This document shows, one piece after another, positions 1-11,906 of a stretch of 64,000 nt of DNA. The stretch spans positions 40,362,001 to 40,426,000 of the forward strand of contig NW_024704746.1 in the NCBI RefSeq assembly GCF_018977255.1. Direction: 5' to 3'. The stretch's first letter is position 1. Each line of letters opens with the position of its first letter. Source of the stretch: Callorhinchus milii. Lineage: Eukaryota. The notes beneath the pieces were generated by a model that saw only the letters and a program-made list of their open reading frames with translations, was not told the DNA's origin and made no database searches. The translations under genes and the position numbers were made by a program.

Positions 1-172
1 GTACCAGAGGCCGTGGTCAAGACAGGATCTACATTAGCTTTCATGAGGAACTTGATAGATATCTAATCACCAATAATTTGCAGGGGTTTCAGGGAAAAAG
101 CAAGTCAATGGGACTGAATGGATTGCTCTTTCAAAGAGCCAGCACAGACACAATGGGCTGAATGGACATTTC
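1..172 (+). mobile_element. CR1 LINE 3'-end fragment, cut by the window start
   Basis: Decayed CR1 ORF2 C-terminus (PEAVVKTGSTLAFMRNLDRYL) followed by the CR1-type 3' UTR 'gctctttcaaagagccagcacagacacaatgggctgaatgg'. The reverse complement of this UTR occurs near 59350. Confidence 0.75.
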
Positions 173-1434
173 TGTGAGTTTTTTTNGAAGAGATGACACT
201 CCCAAATTGATTTATTTATCCAAACCACTTTTAGCCTCATATTGAGTCATTTAAGTTATGAATTCAGCTCCACAATGATTCCTAGCCCTGTCAGTAACCA
301 CAGAAAAAAGCAAAGTTACAATAGTGCAATTTATGTAAACTTATCTCTGTAAAGTTAAAGCTAACGGAAATAAAATAAACTTTTAGATACAATGGTACCA
401 GTGATTTGACACCTCCTTGTACATTGACAGAACAAAAATATATAAATCTTCAGACTTCTGCAATTAGTTGACCAGAGTCCAACGCACAGCTTTGCAGGAT
501 AGGAACAGGAGGAAGCATGATGTCAGGATGCTAATGATGCTATTCCTGTGCAATTCTATCACATGCGTCCTATAGTGTTGGAAACAGCAGGCAGAGAGCT
601 ATATTTACAGATTCTGAACATGTTCCCCATCATAGTTAAAAACAGTCTGCAAAGCAATCCAAAAAAAGAAATAATTTAAAGCAAGGAATAATTTAAAGCT
701 GTATCGCAGTTTTCAGCCAGCAGGATAATTTTTTTTAAAATTGAATTCATATAAACAACTCCACCATTGGGACAAGAGCTCAAAGTGACAAAGAATCAAA
801 TTGTATCTCTGTAGACTAGATTATTTAATAAATGTTAAGAAGCCTTTTTGCAACACAGATCTATTCATTCAGCACTCTATTTCGTTTTAATCACATCGCA
901 CTAATAAAATGTAAAATCAGCTCAATAAGTAATTATTCATAACGGAATTGGAAGATAGAATTAATATTAGATTCATTTTCCTGCCTAGAGTTTTTAGCTT
1001 CAGATTTATTCTGTTTCCATTACAACTGTATTTATTACAACTGCATAGTTATTGGATGTTGGTATCAAGGCTACCATTGTTTGCCTACAAATAGAGTCAC
1101 CTCACTTTGGAGTAAATCCGGTGAAGCACTTTGAGACATTTAAACGACATGATATCAAATGCAAGGATTATTAGTATATTATTAGTAACCAGTGAAGTGC
1201 GTCTTAATGGCACGATTCATCAAGTACCAATTATATGTAAACAAAAGTTGGAGTTCCCGCTATATAAATTAAAGTTATTATTATACAAGCTGTACCCGTT
1301 GCAACTACGCTTGCAACCAAAGGATCCAATATGGAATGCAGATTGACACATAAGCAGACACACAGACAGATATTTTGTCTTTATCTATACTCAGCTGGGA
1401 GGATTCCTGTAATATATTTCCTCTCACAATCTCG

Positions 1435-1617
1435 CTGTCTCAGGCTCTGTCTCTCTCTCTCCCACCCAGTCTCTCTCTCTCTCAGACTTTCTCCCAGTCT
1501 CTATCTCTCTGTCCTCTCTCTCCCACAAAACATAGTCACAGCCCTTTATATATATATATATATATTGTCTCTCACAATCTCTCTCAGTCACATGTGTTTA
1601 CATGCATTTTTTCTCTC

Positions 1618-1651
<34 letters not shown>

Positions 1652-1735
1652 AGTCTTCCTCTCTCTGTTTCCCTCTCAGTCTCTTCCTCTCAGTTTCTTT
1701 ATCTCTTAGTCTCTCTCTCTCTGTCTTTGTCTCTC
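1435..1735. repeat. Imperfect (CT)n/(TA)n low-complexity tract inside the Helitron
   Basis: Visible ctctct and tatata runs. These produce the S/L-rich ORFs at 1331-1875. Confidence 0.9.
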
Positions 1736-2068
1736 CCACAAAACACAAAGTTGCGACACTTTACAATATATTCTCTCTGACGATCTCACAGATGTTTTTG
1801 TCTGAGAGTCATTATTATACACCGTATATCACAATGGACATGACTTCACACTGGGTATGGTGTCACAGTGGATGATGTCACAACCGATTGACTTAGAGAC
1901 ATGATTTAGGATAACCTCATATTTTGGGGCTTCATTTTTAATATATAGCTCATCAATGATAGGAGAGCCCTCCCCCCAAAATATGCCCATGCCACTCCCA
2001 GGTGCAAGATCTTTCCGACAAGGTATAAATCATGTCTCTACGTCAATCGGTTATTCGATGATTGTCTG

Positions 2069-2070
2069 TC

Positions 2071-2155
<85 letters not shown>
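2069..2155. repeat. (CAGA)n microsatellite near the Helitron 5' end
   Basis: Perfect cagacaga array. Confidence 0.95.
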
Positions 2156-2262
2156 CTGTTGTTTTATTAGTATATAGATAACTTCAATAATTTAGGAAAA
2201 TGAGATATAATTTCTGACACTAGGACCTCTGACCTGTGTTAGGGGACCTTGACAGAAGGGTT

Positions 2263-2710
2263 GTGTTGGTGGCACTCGCCTCCGAGTCAGAAGGTTATCG
2301 GTTCAAGCCCTACCTCTGGAGTTTGAACTTACAGGCTCGGTTGGCACTCCAACGAAGAGTTGGGGATGTGCTACAGTGCTGCACACTGTCAGTGCCATTC
2401 TTCAGATCAGATGTTAAAACAGAGTCTTGTCTGTCTATTCAGGTGAACTTTAAACATTCCATGGGACTACTCAAAAGAAAAATGAGTTTCTTTTGGTGTC
2501 CTGGCCATCAAACGCCAAATAAAACCGTCCATTCACCTCATGGATGTTTGTGGGACATTACTGTGTTTGCTTCCAAAACACACCAATCACCAATCACTTT
2601 ACAGCAAGATCTTGTGAAGCACTTTGAGACATTGATGATGTGATATTAGCACTTTGAAATGTCTTAACGATGTGATAAGGCGCTATATCAAGTGCAAGGT
2701 TTATTATTAT
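2263..2710 (+). mobile_element. Deu-domain SINE (SacSINE1/AmnSINE1-like) with L2-type tail
   Basis: Head 'ggcactcgcctccgagtcagaagg..ggttcaagccc', Deu-like 'cttcagatcagatgttaaaac..cccatgg', and tail 'gcgctatatcaagtgcaaggtttattatt' (tail partly duplicated). Confidence 0.75.
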
Positions 2711-5700
2711 ATTTAAGAGATATGGTGCAATAGGTAATGCATGCACATGTAGACAAATACATGGACAAATCGTTTTAAGGTCTTTTCAGTCATCCATGAC
2801 AGATTGCTGCAAATACAGTATGGGACAATTCTAGAAAGGCTCGGCAATATTTGCTCAAGATTGTAATTTACACCAATAACATTGGATTTCCGTGGATTGG
2901 CCCTGGCAGACTTCGGTTGAAAAACATGAATTTAGCAACTACATATCATTCCCATGAAAACAACCTGAAAAAATCTAGCCACGCTTGCTATAGTTTTATT
3001 TTTCTCATTTTCAGTGACATGACCAACAGCACGGTAATTGTTTCATACCACCCATGAATAATGTAAACACCACATTTCTTTTATTTGAAAATATTCATGT
3101 CAATTATTGCCTCCCAACTCGTTATCTAAACTTCTTCACATTCCTGCATAGATTCAAATGTGACTAAAAATTAAGATTCAGCACGTCAGGAAGGATCTTA
3201 CTCTATTCTCCGTAACAGCTGTATATTTGCTCATAATCATTGAGAATTTACTTGGAAATATGTTTGGGGATGCAATATATGCACGAATATTTCAGAAGCC
3301 TCTGATGCATAATGTTTTTAGTACCTAGTTAAATATTGCCTGAAAGCATGCTAAATATTCTTAAATTATGCATTAAGCAACCATCTCAACATTCGCATTC
3401 AGAAAAGCCTCGGGTGTAATAATATGTTGCGGCTGCATTTATATTGTGAGATATACTTCACTCTTTGAAGCAGATACCCTTGTGCTCATGCTATATCCTG
3501 AGGGATGTGGTGGAACTGGCAGAGCTGGCAGAATAGACAAAGCTACACTGGCAATGATGAAGTGTTCCACTGAGGAAACTGAGAGAAACGAACAGACTTC
3601 AACCACACTTTTTCAAAGCAGTCAAAGACAGCAGAGGGGTAGGAGCTGAGAAGAATGTGTATTTTGGCATTGATTTGTGATTTCTTATTAACTATTCAGC
3701 AAACTATGCTAATGCTGCAGGCGATGGAATGTCACTGAGAGATGCAGTTTTCCATTTGTGCTCAATAAAGGTAGTTTGCTGCAGCAACATTTTTAGCATT
3801 TAAAGTATTTTAACTCTACTTAAAATTTCATGCGTTTTTTGCGGCCAGAATTTTTTCCCTAATGATATCCATCTATTTTTGTACTTTTCTTTTTCTCTCT
3901 TAAATAAAACTTCTCCTTCTGAAGATGGACTGGTTGATGTACTCTGCCAAGATCAAATGTCACCCTTCCTAAAAGTAAATCCAGCAAAGTACTTTTGAAA
4001 CATCGTCCCCAATTGTCAAAAACAACAATTATTATAAGATTGTTAATTAACAATTTATTTTGACCAAACCAATTGTCACTTTCAGATGACGTCTCAAAAC
4101 CTTCCTCTTCGACCATGCCTACTCGCTCTCCCTGGCTCAGTGTCAGGTTCCTCCACTGTTAAGCGCTCTGAAATGTTACCCTGGATAAAGAGTGTTATGT
4201 AAGTGCAAGAGGTTATCGTTGCTACAACTTTGATCCACAGAACATAGGCTTACAGTTGGAATTACAACAAATGTAAGATTAATTTCCAGTGTGATTGCCA
4301 AACATCTTTAAAATATACTTAAACATTTCTATTCTGAACGCTACAACATTCAGCCTACCTAACCACTTTCCCATAAGATTCTTTCAACCCATCAATCTCC
4401 AAATCCAATAAAATTGAATTGTTTTAGTTTACAGGAACTCATCTAGTTCCTTTTTGAAACACATCACGTTTCCTTATTCCAGCAATCTGTTCTATATGCC
4501 TCACAAGTTTTTACTAAAAAAAATTCCTGAACTTAATCCTGATGTGAAAAACACTATACAAATGTAATTTGTTATTATTCTTTTTTGTAGACTTCATTTT
4601 GAAGATATGATCTGCTGTTCTTGATTTTGTACACAGCAGAAAAATGACACAAATCTTCATTTTCCAAACCCTTCATAATTTGAAGCACCTTTCTGATCAA
4701 GAGTGATAACTTCCAAAGCAGCACAGGCTTCCTCATGGCTCTCTCCTTTAATTTCTGTACTTAATCCTGAACTTTGCACATACTGAAATATTAGTTGACT
4801 TGAACTAACAAGTGTGTTGACTAAACAAACTGCAATATTATAATCGTATACAATTTACATTTATATAGCTCCTTTCACTTTAGGAGCACTTGACACTGCT
4901 GGCTGGGTTTTAGTCTTATTCCTACCAAGAATCCTGTTGCTAGATCTCTCCTTTCTGATTTTTGTACACAGCCCTGACGTGATGAGAGATTGGAAAGTTT
5001 GATCAGTGAAAAATAACTGGCAGAGATTGTATTCAAAATGGGCTTCTAACTGGATCTGAGACTGACCGAGAAAAAGCTTCCAACTTCCATTCCAGCTCAC
5101 CTGCCCAATGTCCTCTCCATGTTTGTATGACTGTCATTCACATTGAGAAATTACAAAAATGAATGACACATAGAAGCCTCCATTTAATACAGTTCATAAA
5201 ACGAGTAAAATAGTCAGTAGTTTCCTCATTAAGGAATAATTGATTGTGAAACACTGTATATATATATTTATACAACATATTTTTGTTATATTTGACTGAT
5301 ATGCAGCGATCAGCTTATAAGCACAGTTTCCTTTCATTGGACATTATGCGAGGTGAGAACCCTGGTTCAGCACTGTGAAGGGCAAGTTTAGGGCAAATAC
5401 CAAAATACAGTGTATTGTTTTACACAGAGAACAGCTTATCAGAAATGGCTCTGGTAACCCATTCTAGCCGTTGAATGACCTCTGTTGTGGCGAGGACACT
5501 GCATGCCCAGGGCTACTTAGAATTCTCAATTCAGGTCCTTTTATGAAGCCAGGACCAAAACAAACACAGAAATGTCAGTCGTTCGCCACTCAGTCAAATA
5601 ACAGAAGGAGGCAATACAGTGTGATATTTGAATAACTTATTGTCAAGAGTGGGCTGGCCACCCAGGGATACACGTGATTCCTCAATCAGTCCAACAGCCA

Positions 5701-8084
5701 TTATTTCTGCACAGTGTCTGCTTGCTTGATGATAATATTACAGGTTTTTCGACCCTGGGTGTGCAAGGGGACTTGAATTAGCATTAGGAGAATGTTAACC
5801 ATTAAAACATACATAATTAAAAATCTGTCAACGGCCTGTGTTTTGATCTGTCAGAGACCTGTGTTCAAATGTGCATGCTTGCCACTCATTTGAATGTTTA
5901 ATTGCTGTGAGGTTGCTGTCAGTTTATAATACAAAGCAGTGCAGAGAATTATAAACATGAACCGTAGATAGGATCAAAGGCACTCATATGGGACCTCTCC
6001 GGTGAGGATGCAGGGCAGATGGAGCTGGAAAAGAAAACTGGGGCTGACTGTAACCTTGTTCCTGTTGTTAGCACTGTTCGATGACAGATACGATGAGTGA
6101 GAAATTACTGTATATATTTTATTTCTGAAATATACATTGCAATGCTACGTATACACCAAACACACACACAGAGGTAATCAGTGTTGAATTCTTCTAACCT
6201 TGTCAAGTGTCCTTTACATAAGACTATTCATAGTGAGGACAAGACACATTACTTACAGGGCCAAACCAACAGCATGAGAAAATTACACCCATCAGAGTCT
6301 AGCAACTTCTCCGACGATGAACTGAAATGCAACACAATTTATTTGCCATATAAGAAAGTTAGTTCCCTTTATCTTCAGCCATTTGTTGTTGCCTTTTCTA
6401 GTTTGTCAGTCCCTATAAATCTCACATATGATCTTTTGTGGCTCCTGCAGCTCTTTCCCCTTCCCCTCACTGACATCTCTTAGTGACCAAAGGAATGCTT
6501 GATTATTTTAAAGATGCACATTGCTATGCCCAAATTGGCTACCATACTCTAATGTCTACAAACACAGTCACTACACTTCACAGTAATATCCTGCGAAGCG
6601 CTTTGAGGCATCTCATCGGCATGATAGGGTGCTATATCAAATGCCAGGCTTATTATTATTACAGTATTAATACTATAAATAATTTCAAAACTGTACAAGC
6701 AAGAGTTTGGGTGAAGAAAATTGGGCAATTCTTTTTTTTAATTATATCCAAACTCTACGTAATGTCCAGATTTTTTTTCCAGCATTGCACATCACCCAGA
6801 TAGATAGAATAGGATGCTTCCCACAGGATGCAGCGGTAAGAGATGAGCAAATCCCAGCTGAAAAACCTCATTTTTTTCCCTCCTCATAAGAAGGAAATTG
6901 AGAGGAATTATACATTTCTTTTTTCTCCCGCATTTCCGTGTTCAAATAATTACAGCCAATATACTGTGCAGATCACTTTGGTAAATTCACTTGAAAATCA
7001 ATTTGACTACTAACCCAAGTACAGTAGGCCTGACCAAGTAATTATAATTATGTAAAAACTAGTGCAGAGGAAAGTAGCATTTGGCATTGTTGTCTTTTTT
7101 TGTGTTCAACAATTCAAAATCCTGAGTGCACTTCTTAAGAAATTAAACTGCATTGGCAACACACATTTTGCTTTCCTTCGTCTCCAGTGATCTGTTTTAT
7201 TGGGCTGCTGACCCAAAGCATAGAGGCTGAATAGGTTTTGCAAGCAACAGTGTAATAAATGTTAATGTGCATCTGTAGTAGACATAGAGCTACGTCTAAA
7301 ATTCTAGGAGAATGTAATTAACCTGTCAGGTGCTTTATTGCTTCTGAGATCACACTCAGCAGAAGTCATGTTCCTCACAACAACTCCTAAATTTATTAAG
7401 CTCTTGGTCAGTGGCTCAGCAGAGCAATTCGCAGGAAAAAGATGAATTTGATAGTGAAATGTGGAGCATAAATTCAACTTTCTGAATGTTTAAATAATGT
7501 GGTTGTGATAAGCAATTCATACGCCCGCACCAATTTCACAGGATCCTTGTAACCCATATATCCAGAAAAATGTCATGGACACTTGGCTACCAATTTCTTT
7601 TCCCTATTATAATTTACGCTTGTTTACAAAATACACAGCCACAGCTCTTTACCGCAAATCTTGTGAAGCGCTTCGAGACATCCTCCTGATGGGAAAGGCA
7701 TTATATCAAATGGAAGGATTATTAGTTATTATAAAGTGGAGCTATGCTTCCAAATTTAATGTCTTCTGTTACATTGCGCACTGTAAGGAAAAGTAGAAGA
7801 GCGACATAATTTTACTTGATCAAAATATGCACTTCTTATGAATTTTGTGAATTTAATTAGGTACAGTATCTATATTTTAAACTGGTTGATATGAAGGGAA
7901 ATACAATATTTCACCAAAACCTAAAACGTTGTAAATGGGATGGGGGAGGACTGGTTAATTTATTGAATGAACAGATTATCCAAACAACTTCGAGCATATC
8001 AATGTTCACTACTTTGGCTTTTTATAGAGCATCCGCGAGTGAGATCATCCTGACTATAAATGAATGTAAAGGTAACATTTGACT

Positions 8085-8335
8085 CACAGAGCAGTGCAGT
8101 GCTGGGAGCACTGCATTGTCAGAGTTGCCATCCTTCAGATGAAACATTCAACGGAATCTTGGTTTGACGTTAAAGATCTCATGACACAATTCGAATAGAG
8201 CAATTTCTCCTGATGTGCTGGTCAATAATCCCCCAGATTCAGGATTTGTAAAATCCTGTGAAGTGCTTTGAGATGTCCTCACAACGTGAAATGTACTATA
8301 CCAAATGCAAGGATTAATTAATTATTATTATTATA
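8085..8335 (+). mobile_element. 5'-truncated Deu-domain SINE
   Basis: 'cagtgcagtgctgggagcactgcattgtcagagttgccatccttcagatgaaac' followed by the shared tail. Confidence 0.7.
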
Positions 8336-10269
8336 TTAACACTCTTGGAGAAAATTGAGCATACAATGTCTACACCAGTAAAAAAAAGAATAATTTGTTG
8401 CTCAATACGACAAAATACAAAAAGTCTTCTTCTGCAGTGTCAGGAAATACAGTATAATCTTACTTCAAGAAAATAAGGGATAAAGCATATTAGCAGCTAA
8501 GACGATTGTAAGCCTGTGTCTCCTGATAACAATGCACTAACACTCTGTTCTGCCTCATCTAACAGCCTCAAACTTAACCTCAAAGTAAAAATGTTAATGA
8601 CATTAATTGTTGGACATATTCAATTTAAATATTAAATATCGAGACATACTCAAAACAAACTAAATGCCAAATCAGTCTGCTGCATTAAATGATTGAAACT
8701 AGGCTCAAAATTTCCCATTACTCTATGTATAACCCCCCATTACTCTATGTATAACCCAACCCCACTACCATCATTATAATCATGGCCCATTGCACATATT
8801 CACTGCATAAACTAACTTGAAGCTCAGAAATCTTCCAAATTTCTGTTTACCCAGCATAGTCCTTCACTTCCTATTGTTGCTTAATCCAGCAAAAGAACAA
8901 AGACTGTCCCTTGTACTGAACAACTTCCTTCTTCAACTACCCAGTTCAGTTTACTTAATGTGAGTTGAATCTTTTCTCCACTGCTTCAAGTATGTGTTAG
9001 TCAGAGATTACCCAAGTCTATTTCAATATAAATCTCATATTTCTACCTGGACTTTGGTGGACAAGATATTACTCCAACTATTCAGATCACTTCTATTGTG
9101 AATCTTTTTGTGTTTTGCCTTCTTTAGTTCAAACATGGTATTTTATTCAGCGGTATGAAGGCTTGTGCACCATTGAATAAAAACCATTGAACAAAGACCA
9201 TTGAACAATTCTCGTACTGCAGTTTTACATGAGCTACATTAATTTAGCTGCCAGAGTACTGGAGAGAATCAGGGGGAATGACAGTATCAACAACTTAAAT
9301 TTACATAGTGCCCTTTATGTAGGGTGACTTCTAGGAGCATTTTTCATTTAAAAAAAGGCTTTTTTGCCCAAGTGATCGAGTTCAACTCATCAGCCATTTC
9401 CAAAAAGCAAGTCTCATAACCGCAGCAGGCATAAATTGCAAATTCATCATCTTGTGAATTATATTTATTTAAGTCAGTTTTATTGTAAATTGTACACTGC
9501 AGGATGAAAGGCACATTGAAACAATATGAATATTTGAGGGATGATATATGTTTATAAGGAAACAAAAAAATCAGTCGAGCAATTCAAGACACTCTGTTAT
9601 TAACAATAATACAGTAAACAGACATTAATTTTTGGCCAGTGATATAAGGTCAGTTAAACAAAAGCTATTGGAATGTTGTGAGGATCTGGCAAATAATAGT
9701 CACACTAATGTAGTGGATGTAAGTCAAGATAGCAAAACAAACCAATGAAGTTAGAAGCCTATCTGCATTTAAGACATAGATTAAGGAATGTTCTGGCCAA
9801 TAATGGCCTTGATAAAAAAAGTCATTCTTTTCATGGCTTTTTGTGCAACATTGTTCCTCGCAATTTGCCTGCTGTGCGCAAATTGCCTGCTGTGTTCGCC
9901 TGCAAGTACAGTCGTTACACTTTACATTAGTTTTATTAACTTTCTGAAACCATTCATTGAAAAGAGGTAATCTCACTGTCTCTAGGTTCAGTGGTAAACA
10001 ACTGGAGAATAAAGAGTTATTCCCCCACTATATCCTGAGGAGGCATTTAGCAATTATTCATCAGGGAGGGTAAGAAAAGGAAGACCCCAGTGGTGGGGCA
10101 TTATCTTATTCTGAACTTAATAATAATGATCCTTGCATTTGATATGGAGCCCTATCATGTTTTTGAGACGTCTCAAAGCACTTCACAAAACATGCAGTAA
10201 AGTGCATTGAATGTATATTTTGTGGACGAAACGTGGCAGCCAAAGCGTGTATGAATGCATCCCTTAATA

Positions 10270-10594
10270 CTCCCCACCCTATATCTGCAACACCATACCT
10301 CATCCCGACATCTCCTACAACACAATACAGATCTGGCCACTCCTTCCATTCAGTTAACAGAGACCTGCTTCACATTGCCTGTGGGCAAGTTTTCAGCCAT
10401 TCTACCCCCATCTCCTGGAACTCCATCCCAGAGACCAGCCACCTGAAGGCCTATCTTTTGTGACCATGTTTTGGCCATCTTATTCCTCCACTCTCCTGAA
10501 TTATTCTGAATGTGGATGCCTGGTCAGCTGTGTGAATTGCTATCAGACATCCTCCCAAATTGAAAGGCGCTGGCTAAATGCAAATTGTTGTTGT
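10270..10594 (+). mobile_element. Degraded L2 3' fragment
   Basis: 'ctctcctggaactccatccca..acctgaaggcctatctttt' and tail 'gaaaggcgctggctaaatgcaaattgttgttgtt'. Confidence 0.65.
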
Positions 10595-11199
10595 TAAACT
10601 GCTGGAAGTGTCAGCATTTTTTAAAGAAATAACCTCATTGAGAAATAACCTCATTACTTAGCAGAGTAATAGGCAAAGTATACGGGCAGCTTTGTATTTC
10701 ACTTTGGCATAGTTGAAAGAGCATGAAATAACTACACAAATAACTAAATGGAAATCGTGTAAGCAATCTAAAAGCTGAAGCTTAAGACAGCAAAACCATC
10801 ACTGATAGAAATCCAGCACAACAGTGGTGATGAATCAATTCTGAAAATAATAAGAAAACCCTACTAATTGAGACTTATTAAGCACCTCTTTGTATGGAGG
10901 ATTTTCAAAGAAAAGACATGGCACTGACAGGAGAATGATTGTGCAACTGCTTCCTGTTAATGTTAGGAAGAATTACATTGCCTTCTTTTGTCACTCACAG
11001 TGGCTTCAAAGTTCCTCAGTCTTAGGCTTCAGTGTTGTCCCGAAATTTTAACACATGAGCACCTGAAAGGCCTTATTGATAAGTAGGACAAAGTGGTGAT
11101 GGTACGTTTCCAAGTTAGAAGGCAGTTTTTTTTGACTCTGGTAAAAATTATCTGAAAGAGATGATTCCGACTTTGAAGAGATTCAATGAGAAGAACCAT

Positions 11200-11906
11200 T
11201 GCGACGGTTCTCACTCTTTGATGTGGATGCAAATTTTCGTAGCGCTTTTGTACTTAAAGTGGCCTCTGCTCTCTCCTAATCCTGTCAGTGTGAGTTCCTG
11301 TTTCGAAACTGGTATTCCCAGTTAACTCCAATGTCCGCTAACTGGACTGTCTAATCAGAGTCTGCTGACACTAGCAAAACTCTGATGTCGACAGCTACTC
11401 TCTGAAGTTCTTACTCCTTTTCTTGTTTTAGATTATTAGAGACTTGAGGATACGGTTGGTAGAAACAACAGCTCTTTATTGAGACCCAGCAACCTTAGGC
11501 TACCTTGTATATAAGGAATTCAACAATTTAAGATGTACAACAATGAGATCAAACATAACTATCACACATAACTATATCAACTTGCAGCACAATACTACAT
11601 TAGTAAAATAGTTTTAAACCAACCCGACAGTACAGTAGTCCTGTACATGTCAGTATCTACCGGACGATGACCATTAGCTAGTGACCCCAAGGAGCACCGA
11701 GCATTGCTTTTTATAGGAGTGTGGCACCGCCCACCGTATGATGCGAATGCAAGGGCTTTTTCCCGTGCTAGCGCCCACGTGTTCTTTTACTCTCCAGGAT
11801 GCTTGTTAACTAACTGTCAGTCAAACAGCGAAGGACCTATACAGTGCTAATAGAGTTACGGTCATGCTTGTTTCTGCAGCACCTCTGCAAGTGCCTATTT
11901 ATTACA
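11200..11906 (-). mobile_element. LTR-like repeat, copy 1 (unclassified LTR retroelement, probable 5' LTR)
   Basis: About 630 bp (11200-11830) align in inverted orientation with 54140-54757 plus 55028-55044. The minus strand has CACGTG, TATAAAA (11709-11715) and AATAAA (11475-11480), and ends ...GTCGCA followed by A-TGG. The outer TG boundary is uncertain. Confidence 0.6.

Larger units (their letters stand above)
1286..2178 (-). mobile_element. Non-autonomous Helitron, copy 1
   Basis: The minus strand begins A|TCTATATACTAATAAAAC, continues into (CTGT)n, and ends ...GCAAGCGTAGTTGCAACGGGTACAGCTTG|T. It sits in an A^T target with no TSD. Both termini and subterminal blocks align with the helicase-bearing copy at 52399-54026. 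Confidence 0.85.

Noticed and set aside
1331-1875. 149-aa and 166-aa ORFs
   Set aside because: They are translations of the CT microsatellite inside the Helitron.
8714-8757. Tandem 22-bp duplication (similar ones at about 10626-10655 and 55106-55129)
   Set aside because: Ordinary two-unit slippage duplications.
11029-11232. gag start downstream of the LTR
   Set aside because: The 67-aa ORF has no Gag motif, and its ATG overlaps the putative PBS.
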